The translations under genes were made by a program, and so were the position numbers. This document shows, in pieces, positions 9,008 through 18,213 of a stretch of 44,186 nucleotides of DNA. The DNA lies in IMG/VR virus record IMGVR_UViG_3300023707_000001; one strand, 5' to 3'. Position 1 is the first letter of the stretch; each line of letters opens with the position of its first letter. This DNA comes from a virus (Duplodnaviria > Heunggongvirae > Uroviricota > Caudoviricetes). The notes under the pieces are model-generated. The model did no database searches. It was not told the origin of the DNA and saw only the letters and a program-made list of their open reading frames with translations.

Positions 9008-10639
9008 TTACATGCTGCAAGCCTGCAAAGCCTGCTGTTTGCGTTTCTCTGCTTTTGCGCTCAGCTTGATAGCCCCTTTACCCTCAGAAGAGGTTGTCGG
9101 AATCTTATGCTCGCTTGCATATCTTTCCAGTTCTTCAACTTCCTCCGGATTGGTTTTGTACACAGGAGTAATCTGGCTTACACCATCCAGCACAAGGAAT
9201 TGGGTGATTTCGCTGTTGTTCAAAAACGCCTGACGGACAATGTTCTTTACTGCCGTTTTAATTTCGGCGCCAGTAAACTTTTCCGTAATATGGGCGGCAT
9301 AGTCCAGCAAATCATCACTAACTGCCTTGCCCCTTTCCTTGAAGTAAATATTGAAAATATCCTTACGCTCATTTTCCGTAGGAAATGAGAAGTGCCATTT
9401 CGCATCCATTCGTCCGGCGCGGGTAAGTGCCGCGGGAAGTTTGGAAATATCATTTGCCGTAAGAATATAAAACTGGTGTTCATTGGCATTAAGGTTCTGC
9501 AGCACTACGTCAAATACGCGCTTAATCGTTCCCCCGTCTGCCGTAGAGGCTGCACTTTCACAGCCGGAAAATTGCTTGTCACACTCGTCGATTAACACGA
9601 CACAGCGGCCGATAGCCTTGATGGTTTCGAAAGCCATGCGGGCGGTCTGCTCGGACTGGCCAACGATGCCGCCCATAATCTTTGACAAATCAAAAATAAT
9701 GAGGGGCACACCAAAATAGTTTGCGATAGCTTCGGCCATGGCGGTCTTTCCTGTACCAGGAAGACCTGCCGCTAAAAATCCCTGGCATTCGTCTACGCCG
9801 GCAGCTTTTGCTTCGGGAGTCATGCAGCGTTTCGCCTCATAAATCCACTGTTTAAGCATGTTGTGTCCGCCAACGGTATTCATGGTCTTTTTGGGTTCGA
9901 CGTAAGTAAGGACGTTACTTTGCTTAACTACCTCAATGCGTACATCGTTAATAACGTCTGCAGAAAGGTTTTCCGTCTTTTCCCAGGACATATCCAAGGC
10001 ATGCTTTAGCTGCATCGAAGAAAGTCCTGTAGCCGCCCTTGCTGCTTGCAATGCGTCTTCTTTCTTGACCCTGTGCCCGGTTACCTGAAGCCATTTGCAA
10101 ATTGCCAGGAAGTTTTCGCTTTCATCCATCAGCGGCAATTCCAATGTCGTGGTAAAATCCCGAAGCATATCCGGAACATTTCTGGACGGTGAAATCATGA
10201 CAATGGGGTGGTAAATTCCTTCCCTGTGAACATGTCTTGCGCAGATATCGTAAATACTCCGCTGAGCTACCGGTGATGTAAACACATCCTCGCAATTGCG
10301 GATAACCAGCATAAAAGGAGCCGGCGCTCGGCCAATCTCCGCAAAAGCTGCTGGGATATTTACCAGATTTTCCGGGAAGGTGTACTGTCCGTCACTGGCA
10401 AAAGCATCTTCTAAATCCTGGTGCTGCACAATGCTGGAACGACGTAACGAGATAGGGTCCATCCGTGCGCCGCCGTTATCTGCGATAAAGTAAAAGTAGC
10501 TTGCTATATTCTGCTTAACTGCTACGCTTATTGCCACCCGTTCTGCACGCTCTTCTTCTCGTGTGGCAATCCAAATGAGTGGCGTTTTTACCTTATACAG
10601 GTGTTCTAACTCTTCCTTCAGTTTAGATAAAGATTTCAA
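9008..10639 (-). CDS. AAA+ ATPase, Ycf46-like
   Basis: GLPGTGKT, VLIDECDK, LTAND, RAGRMD, FTGAEI; degenerate N-terminal AAA-like module; TTG start after AAGGAGG. Confidence 0.85.
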   Translation of the reverse strand: MKSLSKLKEELEHLYKVKTPLIWIATREEERAERVAISVAVKQNIASYFYFIADNGGARMDPISLRRSSIVQHQDLEDAFASDGQYTFPENLVNIPAAFAEIGRAPAPFMLVIRNCEDVFTSPVAQRSIYDICARHVHREGIYHPIVMISPSRNVPDMLRDFTTTLELPLMDESENFLAICKWLQVTGHRVKKEDALQAARAATGLSSMQLKHALDMSWEKTENLSADVINDVRIEVVKQSNVLTYVEPKKTMNTVGGHNMLKQWIYEAKRCMTPEAKAAGVDECQGFLAAGLPGTGKTAMAEAIANYFGVPLIIFDLSKIMGGIVGQSEQTARMAFETIKAIGRCVVLIDECDKQFSGCESAASTADGGTIKRVFDVVLQNLNANEHQFYILTANDISKLPAALTRAGRMDAKWHFSFPTENERKDIFNIYFKERGKAVSDDLLDYAAHITEKFTGAEIKTAVKNIVRQAFLNNSEITQFLVLDGVSQITPVYKTNPEEVEELERYASEHKIPTTSSEGKGAIKLSAKAEKRKQQALQACSM

Positions 10640-11414
10640 CTTCGTTTACCTCCTTTTCTGTATTCTGTTTTTCCACGAAGTAACTAATATAGTTCTCCTT
10701 GTATTCGCTATAAATATGCTGGCATTCTTTCAATTGAGTTGTCGTACCCGTACGGATCACGTCATCAACGGTCATTCGAATCGCATTATCACTAACGCTT
10801 TCGAGCTTCCCAGACACCTCCGTGATTTTCTCTCCGTCATGGTCAAGTACGACGACTCTTAGAATCCCGCCTTGTTTGTCGTATTCGGAAACAAAAGGCC
10901 CTTTGGGGTTTTTCGTTTTTATCATAACGTCCCCTGTTTCATCCTCGTAAAACCTCACAGCGTTACTTACTGCGATTAACTTATTTCCGCGAAATACGAA
11001 TGCAGGGTATTCATAGTTGCTTTCCAGGCAGATAAAATCTTTACTGTTTTCAATGAAACTTTCCTTAAGGTAATCCGCAATAACACCTGCATATTTTGCA
11101 AATGCCGGATAGACCAATAAAGATGCGTCGTTTTCTATTGAATTCAGAAACGCATCGCAGATAATATCCATCGGAACATTGCAGCTTGCCTTGATACTCG
11201 CCTCGTTCTTCGGCAGAATCAACTGCCCTTCAAGCTTTGCACTCTCGTCTGTTGCTCTGCGCTGAAACTTAAAGCGCATCGGAACCATAACAGTTTTACC
11301 GGACGGCGTATAGTAAGCCAGAAAAGCATGATTATGGTATAATGGAAATTCAATCTCCGGCAACCTTGCCGGGTCAATCACATATTTCGTATCTTCACGT
11401 CCCCTAATGTACAA
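10623..11414 (-). CDS. Hypothetical protein
   Basis: Long ORF; start placed at the TTG following AAAGGAGG. Confidence 0.65.
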   Translation of the reverse strand: MYIRGREDTKYVIDPARLPEIEFPLYHNHAFLAYYTPSGKTVMVPMRFKFQRRATDESAKLEGQLILPKNEASIKASCNVPMDIICDAFLNSIENDASLLVYPAFAKYAGVIADYLKESFIENSKDFICLESNYEYPAFVFRGNKLIAVSNAVRFYEDETGDVMIKTKNPKGPFVSEYDKQGGILRVVVLDHDGEKITEVSGKLESVSDNAIRMTVDDVIRTGTTTQLKECQHIYSEYKENYISYFVEKQNTEKEVNEVEIFI

Positions 11415-11452
11415 AAAAGTTCCCTCCTTTCTTTGATGAGATTTAAGTGTTA

Positions 11453-12001
11453 TTAGGCGCAATATGCCTTTCTTAAATCATCTTGATATATATTCAATCT
11501 TGTCCAATCATTGTTTTCTCTGTGCCAGAAACCCTGATTTTCGCTGCCGATAACGTGGGTTACTCCAGGAATATCTACTTCGTCAAAAATTCTTTTTCTG
11601 GCTTCATAACATCCGTCGATAATAACATTCGCACGTTTTAATACATCGCTAAATCTCAAACGGATAACTTCCATGGTGTAATGCGTAATTAAAACGACAT
11701 GATAACCATGTTTCTGCAGTAAGGCCATAAGGCGAACCAATTCATCAAATTGGTCCAAAGGCTCCCCGCCAACAATTGTTACAAACTTATTGCCCGCCTC
11801 CTTTATATCACAAAAGAGGTCGTTAACACTTACTTCCGGAAAATATTTTTCATCCCACAAGTCAACATTAAAGCATCCAGGGCAGGGGTGGCCCGAAAGG
11901 GCCATTCTGCAACCTGCCAGGAATACTTCAGTGCGCTTGTCCTCATTTGGGGACAAGCCAGCGGTCGTTGACTGCGGATGTACTGATGCAACTCTCAGCA
12001 C
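11453..12001 (-). CDS. nrdG: NrdG-like radical-SAM activating enzyme with an expanded Cys motif
   Basis: VFLAGCRMALSGHPCPGCFN, TIVGGEPLDQ, IIDGCY, GSENQ; GTG start overlaps the upstream TAG. Confidence 0.75.
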   Translation of the reverse strand: MLRVASVHPQSTTAGLSPNEDKRTEVFLAGCRMALSGHPCPGCFNVDLWDEKYFPEVSVNDLFCDIKEAGNKFVTIVGGEPLDQFDELVRLMALLQKHGYHVVLITHYTMEVIRLRFSDVLKRANVIIDGCYEARKRIFDEVDIPGVTHVIGSENQGFWHRENNDWTRLNIYQDDLRKAYCA

Positions 12002-12735
12002 TACGCAGCAGCTCCCTCCTGTTTTTTCGCCATCAACGATGCCTTGCATTTTGCGACAGCCTCGACAATATTGCTCGGCTTGAGCATTGCAGAGCGGTCA
12101 TTGAAAGCATACCGTGCAACTTCGTTGTAATCCTGCGTCTGGAATTTTGCCATAAACGCATTGATGAACTTAACCTCTTCTGCATGGCGAGCCCAAGCAT
12201 CATTCGTCCATTCATCAAACATGGTTTCACGGAACCACTGGCCGTTATGGTTAGCCGCCTCAATGGCTGCCTGCTCATAACTCTGCGTTTTACCAGCAGA
12301 AAGCTCCAGAGCAAAACCAAAGCTGTATGCAGCTTTTTTCAGCGCATCGGTAGACGCTGATTTGGTAATCATTTCTTCCTTGGTCGGGTCGTACACTGCC
12401 GTACCGAAACCTTCACGCTCGATTTCAACAACCTGGTTGGTTTCCTTGTCAAAGAGCTTGACCGTGATGGTACATTTGACTTCCACTACCGGCTTCGGGA
12501 AGTAATCCTCGTATTCATCCGATTTGTACTTCTTTTTCTTGCACGGCGGGAATGTTCTTACGACCGGGTCTCCATAATGGACGCTAAAGAACGGGCCAAA
12601 TGCCTTTTTCAAGAGCACCAGCATAGACGTACCGCTAATGTAGTCCAGCTGGGTTTTCCCCTTCTTGAGCGGTTCAGTAATACGCGGGTCAAGCGGCTTA
12701 CTGATAATCTCTTCCAACTTATCAACTCTAAGCAT
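12001..12735 (-). CDS. Rad52/Rad22 (Sak-like) ssDNA-annealing protein
   Basis: LDYISG..LL..AFG, REGFG, KSASTDALKKAAYSFGFALEL; GGAGG SD before MLRVDK. Confidence 0.85.
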   Translation of the reverse strand: MLRVDKLEEIISKPLDPRITEPLKKGKTQLDYISGTSMLVLLKKAFGPFFSVHYGDPVVRTFPPCKKKKYKSDEYEDYFPKPVVEVKCTITVKLFDKETNQVVEIEREGFGTAVYDPTKEEMITKSASTDALKKAAYSFGFALELSAGKTQSYEQAAIEAANHNGQWFRETMFDEWTNDAWARHAEEVKFINAFMAKFQTQDYNEVARYAFNDRSAMLKPSNIVEAVAKCKASLMAKKQEGAAA

Positions 12736-12806
12736 GTTTATTTCCTCCAGAGATATATAATATATGCTCCGCCTCGTGTCAGAAACGGGGCATGATGCCA
12801 AAGTCT

Positions 12807-13889
12807 TTAGGCGGCGTTCTTACGAAACATGGAAAGAGCAATGCTGGTTGCTTTCTGGAATTCTGCTGCGCGCTTTACAAAGTATGCTGCGCCGCGCAAA
12901 GCATTTGCATGCTGATAAAGGTCAACCTTGTGCCCTTTCGTATATTCGTAGTTCGCAACCGCGACGGATGCGGCCAGTTTCTTGTCCTTTTCCGTACCTT
13001 CGCAGGTAAGCATAGCGTTTTCCTGCACACGCTTGATAAGGCCGGTATCCTTATTGGTCAGGTTTTCGTATGCAACATGGTAGCCATACTCAATGCCAGC
13101 AATATGCTGCAGAAGAAGCATATTTTTAGCAATCATGGTATCTACCACGGCATCGCTCATACCGGGTTCAAGCGTGATTTCAGACATCAGCTTTTCAATC
13201 TCGCCCTTTTCCTTCAGGAATTCTTCGCCAGGAACCAGGAGCAAGCTGCCGATAAAGTTGCTGTCAACTTCATTGCTGTGCGCAGTAATGATTTCACCTT
13301 CCACAGCCGGCTTAGCTGCCGTTTTGCGGGTACGGCGCGTTTTCTTCGGCTTAGCGACCTCAACTTCAACCTTCGGCTCTTCATCGGCCACAGCTGCCTT
13401 TTCAGCACTTTCCGGCGCTTTCTCTGCCTTGACTTCAACCTTAGGAGCTTCTTCTGCCGGTGCGGCCGGTGCTTCAACGGTGGCTTCTTCCTGCGCCTTT
13501 GCTTCTTCTACGCTTTCAGCCTGCGTCGCTACTTCGGTGTCGTCGGCTTTTTCTGCCTGCTCGGGAACCGGTGCTGCCTCTTCTGCCGGTGCAGTTTGTT
13601 CTTTTTCTGCTTCGTCTGCGGTGTTTTTCGTGCCGTTAATAGCTTCTTCTGCCATTGCCTCCACTTCGGAGAACGGGAACGTATCGTCTTCGGCAGCCTC
13701 TTCCTTGGCCTGCGGTGCCGTTTCTTCTGCCGGCTTTTCTTCTTTTGCGGGCGCTTCAGCTGCTACCGGCTCGTCCTTCTTTTCCTCCGTGGGATTCGGA
13801 CCAAAAATATCGCTGAGGTCGTCACCATCGGGGATGTCCGTCCAAAGGCTATTGATGTCAAAGTCAATATCAACATTCGTGTTTGCCAT
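12807..13889 (-). CDS. Hypothetical protein with long acidic Ala/Glu/Pro disordered N-terminus and helical C-terminal domain
   Basis: About 200 aa of AEEAPA-like low complexity, then a globular-looking region; ends RKNAA. Confidence 0.75.
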   Translation of the reverse strand: MANTNVDIDFDINSLWTDIPDGDDLSDIFGPNPTEEKKDEPVAAEAPAKEEKPAEETAPQAKEEAAEDDTFPFSEVEAMAEEAINGTKNTADEAEKEQTAPAEEAAPVPEQAEKADDTEVATQAESVEEAKAQEEATVEAPAAPAEEAPKVEVKAEKAPESAEKAAVADEEPKVEVEVAKPKKTRRTRKTAAKPAVEGEIITAHSNEVDSNFIGSLLLVPGEEFLKEKGEIEKLMSEITLEPGMSDAVVDTMIAKNMLLLQHIAGIEYGYHVAYENLTNKDTGLIKRVQENAMLTCEGTEKDKKLAASVAVANYEYTKGHKVDLYQHANALRGAAYFVKRAAEFQKATSIALSMFRKNAA

Positions 13890-13927
13890 AATTACATACT
13901 TCCTTTCATGTGTAAAAATTCATTATC

Positions 13928-14647
13928 TTATTTTATAAAAAGACTGCTATTTGGATAGCGCCTTTTGTACTCAGTTATTGCAATCGCAATATCTTCTTTA
14001 AAATCTTGGAGCATTGTCATTGCTTTTTCCGGCGCAACTTTTCTGTACTCTCCCATTTCATTTGGGCTATAAGTTGGCATAGTCGGAATACAGTACACGT
14101 TTTGCCATGTACCTCTTATTCTGCTTATGGTGCCCCGAACATAGACGTTCGAGGCCACATTTCCCATAAGCAGCAGCATGGGCGGATGAAATAAATCCAC
14201 GGCATACTGTACATAAGTCTGACACACATCGATTTCTTTCTTTAATGGCGTCCGATAAACCAATTGGTTACCATCCATCTTTGTTGGACAGTAAGGTACG
14301 GTGTTCATCCATAAGGTTTTGCTGAAATCAACACCGTGCGCCTCAAAGCAGGACTTGAGAAAGTCACGTACCTTTTCGGCTCCTTCAAACATGCCGATTG
14401 GTTTGTTCAATCTTGCTTGTGTTTCCGTGGGGTAATCCATAACAACCATTAAAGCGGCATCACTATCTCCCGTGATTAAGGTTTTTGTATTACAAGTAAG
14501 TCCCGGGAGGCCCCCGTACTCAATCGCACGATTAAGCTGGGCCATCCCGATGTCCTTAATTGCATTACGCACATACCCCATAGGATTCTGCAATGCTTCC
14601 GGTATACTTAAGACAATGTCCTGGATTTGTTTTTGTTTATCATCCAA
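13928..14647 (-). CDS. Uracil-DNA glycosylase family-4-like fold, divergent active site
   Basis: LWMNTVPYCP...RTP..KEIDVC...LLLMGNVA...ISRIRG...PTYSP aligns with the UDG4 layout. Confidence 0.75.
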   Translation of the reverse strand: MDDKQKQIQDIVLSIPEALQNPMGYVRNAIKDIGMAQLNRAIEYGGLPGLTCNTKTLITGDSDAALMVVMDYPTETQARLNKPIGMFEGAEKVRDFLKSCFEAHGVDFSKTLWMNTVPYCPTKMDGNQLVYRTPLKKEIDVCQTYVQYAVDLFHPPMLLLMGNVASNVYVRGTISRIRGTWQNVYCIPTMPTYSPNEMGEYRKVAPEKAMTMLQDFKEDIAIAITEYKRRYPNSSLFIK

Positions 14648-14658
14648 AATAAAATCCC

Positions 14659-15381
14659 CTAGCTTGCTAGTTTCTCCAGAACTTCATTAAGCATATTGAT
14701 TCTTTCTGACGGCTCAGCCAATTTAAGCTTTGCTTCCAGTTCTTCAACCTTGGCTTTTAATGCCACGTTTTCTGCCTCTAAAACCTGGTTTTTCTTGTTT
14801 AAGAACCTCATACGGTCATCGATTTCGGCAACCTTAATCTCATCTTGCGCAAGTGCCTGCACCCACGACATGACCATATCCTGTTCCATTACAACGAATA
14901 CGCTGCCGGCAGGATTGCCTTCGCTGAAGCGTTCCGCCCGCGTAATCACGGCGCCCTCATCTTCATTAAAGGCAAACTTAAGATGCCAAAAATCCTGGTT
15001 TTTCTTCAATGCTTCCGTATGAAGTTTATTGAGCCATTCCCGCTTAATACTAAAGGACTTGCACCCACGAGCCCTTTCAGGCTCCTGAGTTTTCAGCTCC
15101 TCCATCAGGCGGTATGCTCCGATGACGATATTCTCGTCACCCTTTTCTTTGTTGGTAGCGCCGCTGTTAATAGTCATCCTTGATGACAGGATTTCTACAT
15201 TGCGGTCGTGATTGGCCTTCTCAAACCCGCTTCCCATACGCTTATCAGCCTTCTGGGAATGCCGACGCACGGGTGTGCGCCTTTTGGGTTCCTTGTAATT
15301 CATGCCATTTGAGCAGAAGAAACAACTGCTTCTGTCAGTAAGGCAATCGTCATAGCCATACTTACAACTTTCGTTACTCAA
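14659..15381 (-). CDS. PD-(D/E)xK Holliday-junction-resolvase-like nuclease with N-terminal Cys cluster and C-terminal coiled coil
   Basis: GSGFEK...NSGAT..KGD...EELKT...SFSIKREWLNKL. Confidence 0.6.
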   Translation of the reverse strand: MSNESCKYGYDDCLTDRSSCFFCSNGMNYKEPKRRTPVRRHSQKADKRMGSGFEKANHDRNVEILSSRMTINSGATNKEKGDENIVIGAYRLMEELKTQEPERARGCKSFSIKREWLNKLHTEALKKNQDFWHLKFAFNEDEGAVITRAERFSEGNPAGSVFVVMEQDMVMSWVQALAQDEIKVAEIDDRMRFLNKKNQVLEAENVALKAKVEELEAKLKLAEPSERINMLNEVLEKLAS

Positions 15382-15908
15382 GCTGCATCATCCTGTTCAT
15401 CTATATCGACTTTTTCAACGCCAGCCTTTTCCATCTCTTCGTTAAGCTCTTTTTCAGCCTTTTCGATTTCCGTGATTTCTGCTTCCGACATGTTTTCAAC
15501 GTCGCCGGTTACGCCATCCAGCATACTTACGAGCGTATCAAACTTGGTCGGATTAGCAATCATATCTTCCTTAAAGCGCTGTTTACCCTGCCATTTGAAT
15601 TCCGGGTCAACAGAACCGTCTTCCAGATGGAGAGAGAGCCATGCGCCACGGGCGTCAATGATTCCACGGTTAACGAGCTGCTGCAAGGTAGAGAAGTATT
15701 TCTCGATGCCCTGGCCATACTCAACGTAATAGATGAGATTAACGTACGGATTGCGGTCAATAACGCAGTGATTCTTTGTTACCCGAACCTTAATCTTAAG
15801 GCCCGTTTCTTTTGTAATCGGGTCAGAATCGTCCGGCGTAAGCTTGCTGAACTCCAGCGTCACCATGTTATTATAGCGAATTGCCTTGCCGCCGGCAATC
15901 ATATTAGG
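15378..15908 (-). CDS. recA: RecA exon 2
   Basis: PNMIAGGKAIRY...KVRVTKNH...YGQGI...GAW...KWQGK; joining to exon 1 gives MYGN|PNMIAGGKAIRY, matching RecA MFGNPETTTGGRALKF. Confidence 0.9.
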   Translation of the reverse strand, partial: PNMIAGGKAIRYNNMVTLEFSKLTPDDSDPITKETGLKIKVRVTKNHCVIDRNPYVNLIYYVEYGQGIEKYFSTLQQLVNRGIIDARGAWLSLHLEDGSVDPEFKWQGKQRFKEDMIANPTKFDTLVSMLDGVTGDVENMSEAEITEIEKAEKELNEEMEKAGVEKVDIDEQDDAA

Positions 15909-17499
15909 CTATCCCAATGTATATTTTCATATACCACAAAGCTGTGTTTGGGGGTGGACTATATCATCGCTCCGGGGGCTCACTCCCCCCATCATCACGC
16001 CTTGCACTTGGGCTACAGGAATTTCACCTGTGCCTACTCTACTCGCTTATCAACCCTGCCGATTCTCACGGCTCTTATGGATATATAGCTTTCGATAGTC
16101 TCTACACCTTCCTCGTATATCCTACGAGGCTTGGCACGGTATTGGCTGCTATCCATCTCTGGACCGTAGCGTCTCTTACGAAGCGTATTCGCGCATCTTT
16201 TGCCTTATATAACTTCTACCGTTAGCCCAACTTTATTGGACACCCTAGATTTCTAGGTTCACAAGGTTTTTGGAAACCCATAATATTGCTTAACTTTATC
16301 CTGCATTTTTCTAAAAATATACTTTTGAACGCTGCCTGGGTCATTGTCCAGATCACATTCTGCAATCTGAACTACCTCATACCCCATCTTTTCTGCACTT
16401 AGCCTCTTCTTCTCATCGTTATCTCTTACGGAATCGGTCGAGTGCCAATATGTACCTTGGACTTCAACAAGTAAGAAGAAGCCGAGGTCATAGTCATAAC
16501 GCCAGCCATTAATCTCTTGCTGTGGGATGAAGCTAAAATGCAAGTTTGATAAAATTTCTTCAAACTTAATTTCGGCTGTAGAACGATAGAACCATGTATT
16601 TCTTTTCGTTTTCCACCCAGAACCAAAGATTTGGCGACGTGCCTTCGAGAACGATGCCTCAGACATTTTGTACTTAAGGGCAAGTGCTCTGTTGGATATA
16701 AAAGGATTCTTAAAGTCATCCTGAAACTCTTGCGTTGAAGGAATTATATATTCCCCATTTTCATGGCATAAAATATTATTGTCCTTCAAGAACTTTACAA
16801 GTGCCAATACAGAAACATTTATGTGTTCAGCAATTTCCAGTAAGGACACGCCCTTCTTCCCGCTATGGGACATTTGTTCTTTCACGGCGTTAATAACATA
16901 TTCCTGTTCATCCTTCTTCCATATTTTTCCTATACCATGGTTGATACATGGAGTTTTCTTAATCCCCATGATTCTTGCCTGTTTTAGGATATGGGATTTT
17001 GAACACTTAAAATGTTTTGCTATATCCTCTACCGTACATTTGTCAGACATGTACATTTTTCGTAGCTCAGTTAGCTTTTGCCGGCCCCACACATCACGGT
17101 TTCGGTAAACCCTCTCGTAATCTACGTTAATATTATACTGTGTCCTTAATACCCTTTCAAGTACAACTTTGTCTTTATGCACTTTTTTGGCTATTGTTCC
17201 AAATGCAACACCTTTGGATATAAGCTCCCTTATTGTATTAAGCTGTTCTAAGGTAAGAGTTTCTACTGTTAAATTGTTTGACTTAAGGACTCTCGCAACA
17301 GTGCTCCTGCCCCTATTTATCGTTGCGGCAATCCTTGATATGTTCATGCCGCTACTTGCCAATTCTTTTATGCGCTCAATTTCGTTATCTGTTATTCTTT
17401 TCTTAGACTTCATAATACCACTACTTTCAAAAATTAAGATTAAGTGCTATTAAGTTCTAAGTATATTTTTGCAATCAGGCTTTGTTAAGCTGCCAGTTG
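15909..17499 (-). mobile_element. Group I intron in recA (1591 nt) carrying a homing endonuclease
   Basis: 5' exon ends in U and intron ends in G. Core motifs GAAGGUGUAGAGACUA and GAUAUAGUCC (P7). Internal guide sequence (IGS) AUAUUAUGG-GUUUCCA at 16271-16286 pairs with both exons. Splicing restores the frame. Confidence 0.92.
16259..17413 (-). CDS. Intron-encoded endonuclease: tandem HTH repeats + Vsr/DUF559-like (EDxHD-type) domain
   Basis: About five HTH-like repeats, then STAEIKFEEIL...YDY...VEVQGTYWH...RDNDEKK...GYEVVQI. Confidence 0.8.
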   Translation of the reverse strand: MKSKKRITDNEIERIKELASSGMNISRIAATINRGRSTVARVLKSNNLTVETLTLEQLNTIRELISKGVAFGTIAKKVHKDKVVLERVLRTQYNINVDYERVYRNRDVWGRQKLTELRKMYMSDKCTVEDIAKHFKCSKSHILKQARIMGIKKTPCINHGIGKIWKKDEQEYVINAVKEQMSHSGKKGVSLLEIAEHINVSVLALVKFLKDNNILCHENGEYIIPSTQEFQDDFKNPFISNRALALKYKMSEASFSKARRQIFGSGWKTKRNTWFYRSTAEIKFEEILSNLHFSFIPQQEINGWRYDYDLGFFLLVEVQGTYWHSTDSVRDNDEKKRLSAEKMGYEVVQIAECDLDNDPGSVQKYIFRKMQDKVKQYYGFPKTL

Positions 17500-18213
17500 A
17501 TTTCCATACATTCCCGCATTCATATTTGTCGTGTAGTGTTGGACAAGTACCATGGTTGTATTGCGCTGTGCGCACAATGGCACTGCTTTTTTCATAAATT
17601 TGGAATTAAAGCGTGCCTGAACAGCCATCGTGTCATCTTCAAAGTTCTTCGTGGCTTCCGCCATCGGAACCAGCATTTTCAGCGAGTTAATGACGCAAAT
17701 ATCGACATCCGTCTCACGAATTGCTTTCATAATCAAGTTGCCGATAGCCTCTGCACCAAATACCTGTTTTTTGGTATCCGGGTCTCTCGTGGACAAGCAA
17801 TAAAAGCGGTCAAGGTCAATATGATAGAGACTCGATGCTTTTTCTACGTCCAAAGAGTCCTCGGATTCTACCCACAGAGCAATGAAGTTGGGGTCCAGCT
17901 GCATCTGATAGCCGATAGTTGCAAGGCAGAAACCAGTTTTACCTGTGTCTTCACCGCCGGAAATCAAGATGTTGCGCCCAACCGCAAGGCCACCGCCCAG
18001 AGCTTCGTTTACTGCCGCAACAGGAGTTGCGAAAAACTTAAACGTCATTCGGTCCATTACAGCCTTGCTTTTTGTTGGTCGACCAGCAATGACTCCGCAT
18101 TTCGCACTAGCCTCTTCAAAAAGGGCGTCCAGGTTTTGCTGGCGCTTGGCCAGACTCTCCCTTTTTGTTGTTGCTTCCGGTGCTTCCATAACTTTTGTCT
18201 TCTTTTTTGGCAT
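17500..18213 (-). CDS. recA: RecA exon 1 (spliced protein about 414 aa)
   Basis: NEALGGGLAVGR, GGEDTGKT Walker A, VESEDSLD, AVQARFNSKFM; GAGGAG SD before MPKKK. Confidence 0.9.

Noticed and set aside
13200-13800. Repetitive GCN/GAA-rich DNA as a repeat array or CRISPR
   Set aside because: Explained by low-complexity Ala/Glu/Pro coding; no fixed-length repeat-spacer pattern here, and none seen elsewhere in the window.
12792-13958. Long plus-strand ORFs (388 aa and 281 aa) and other plus-strand ORFs across the window
   Set aside because: Antisense shadows of well-supported minus-strand genes; no SD sites or recognisable motifs.
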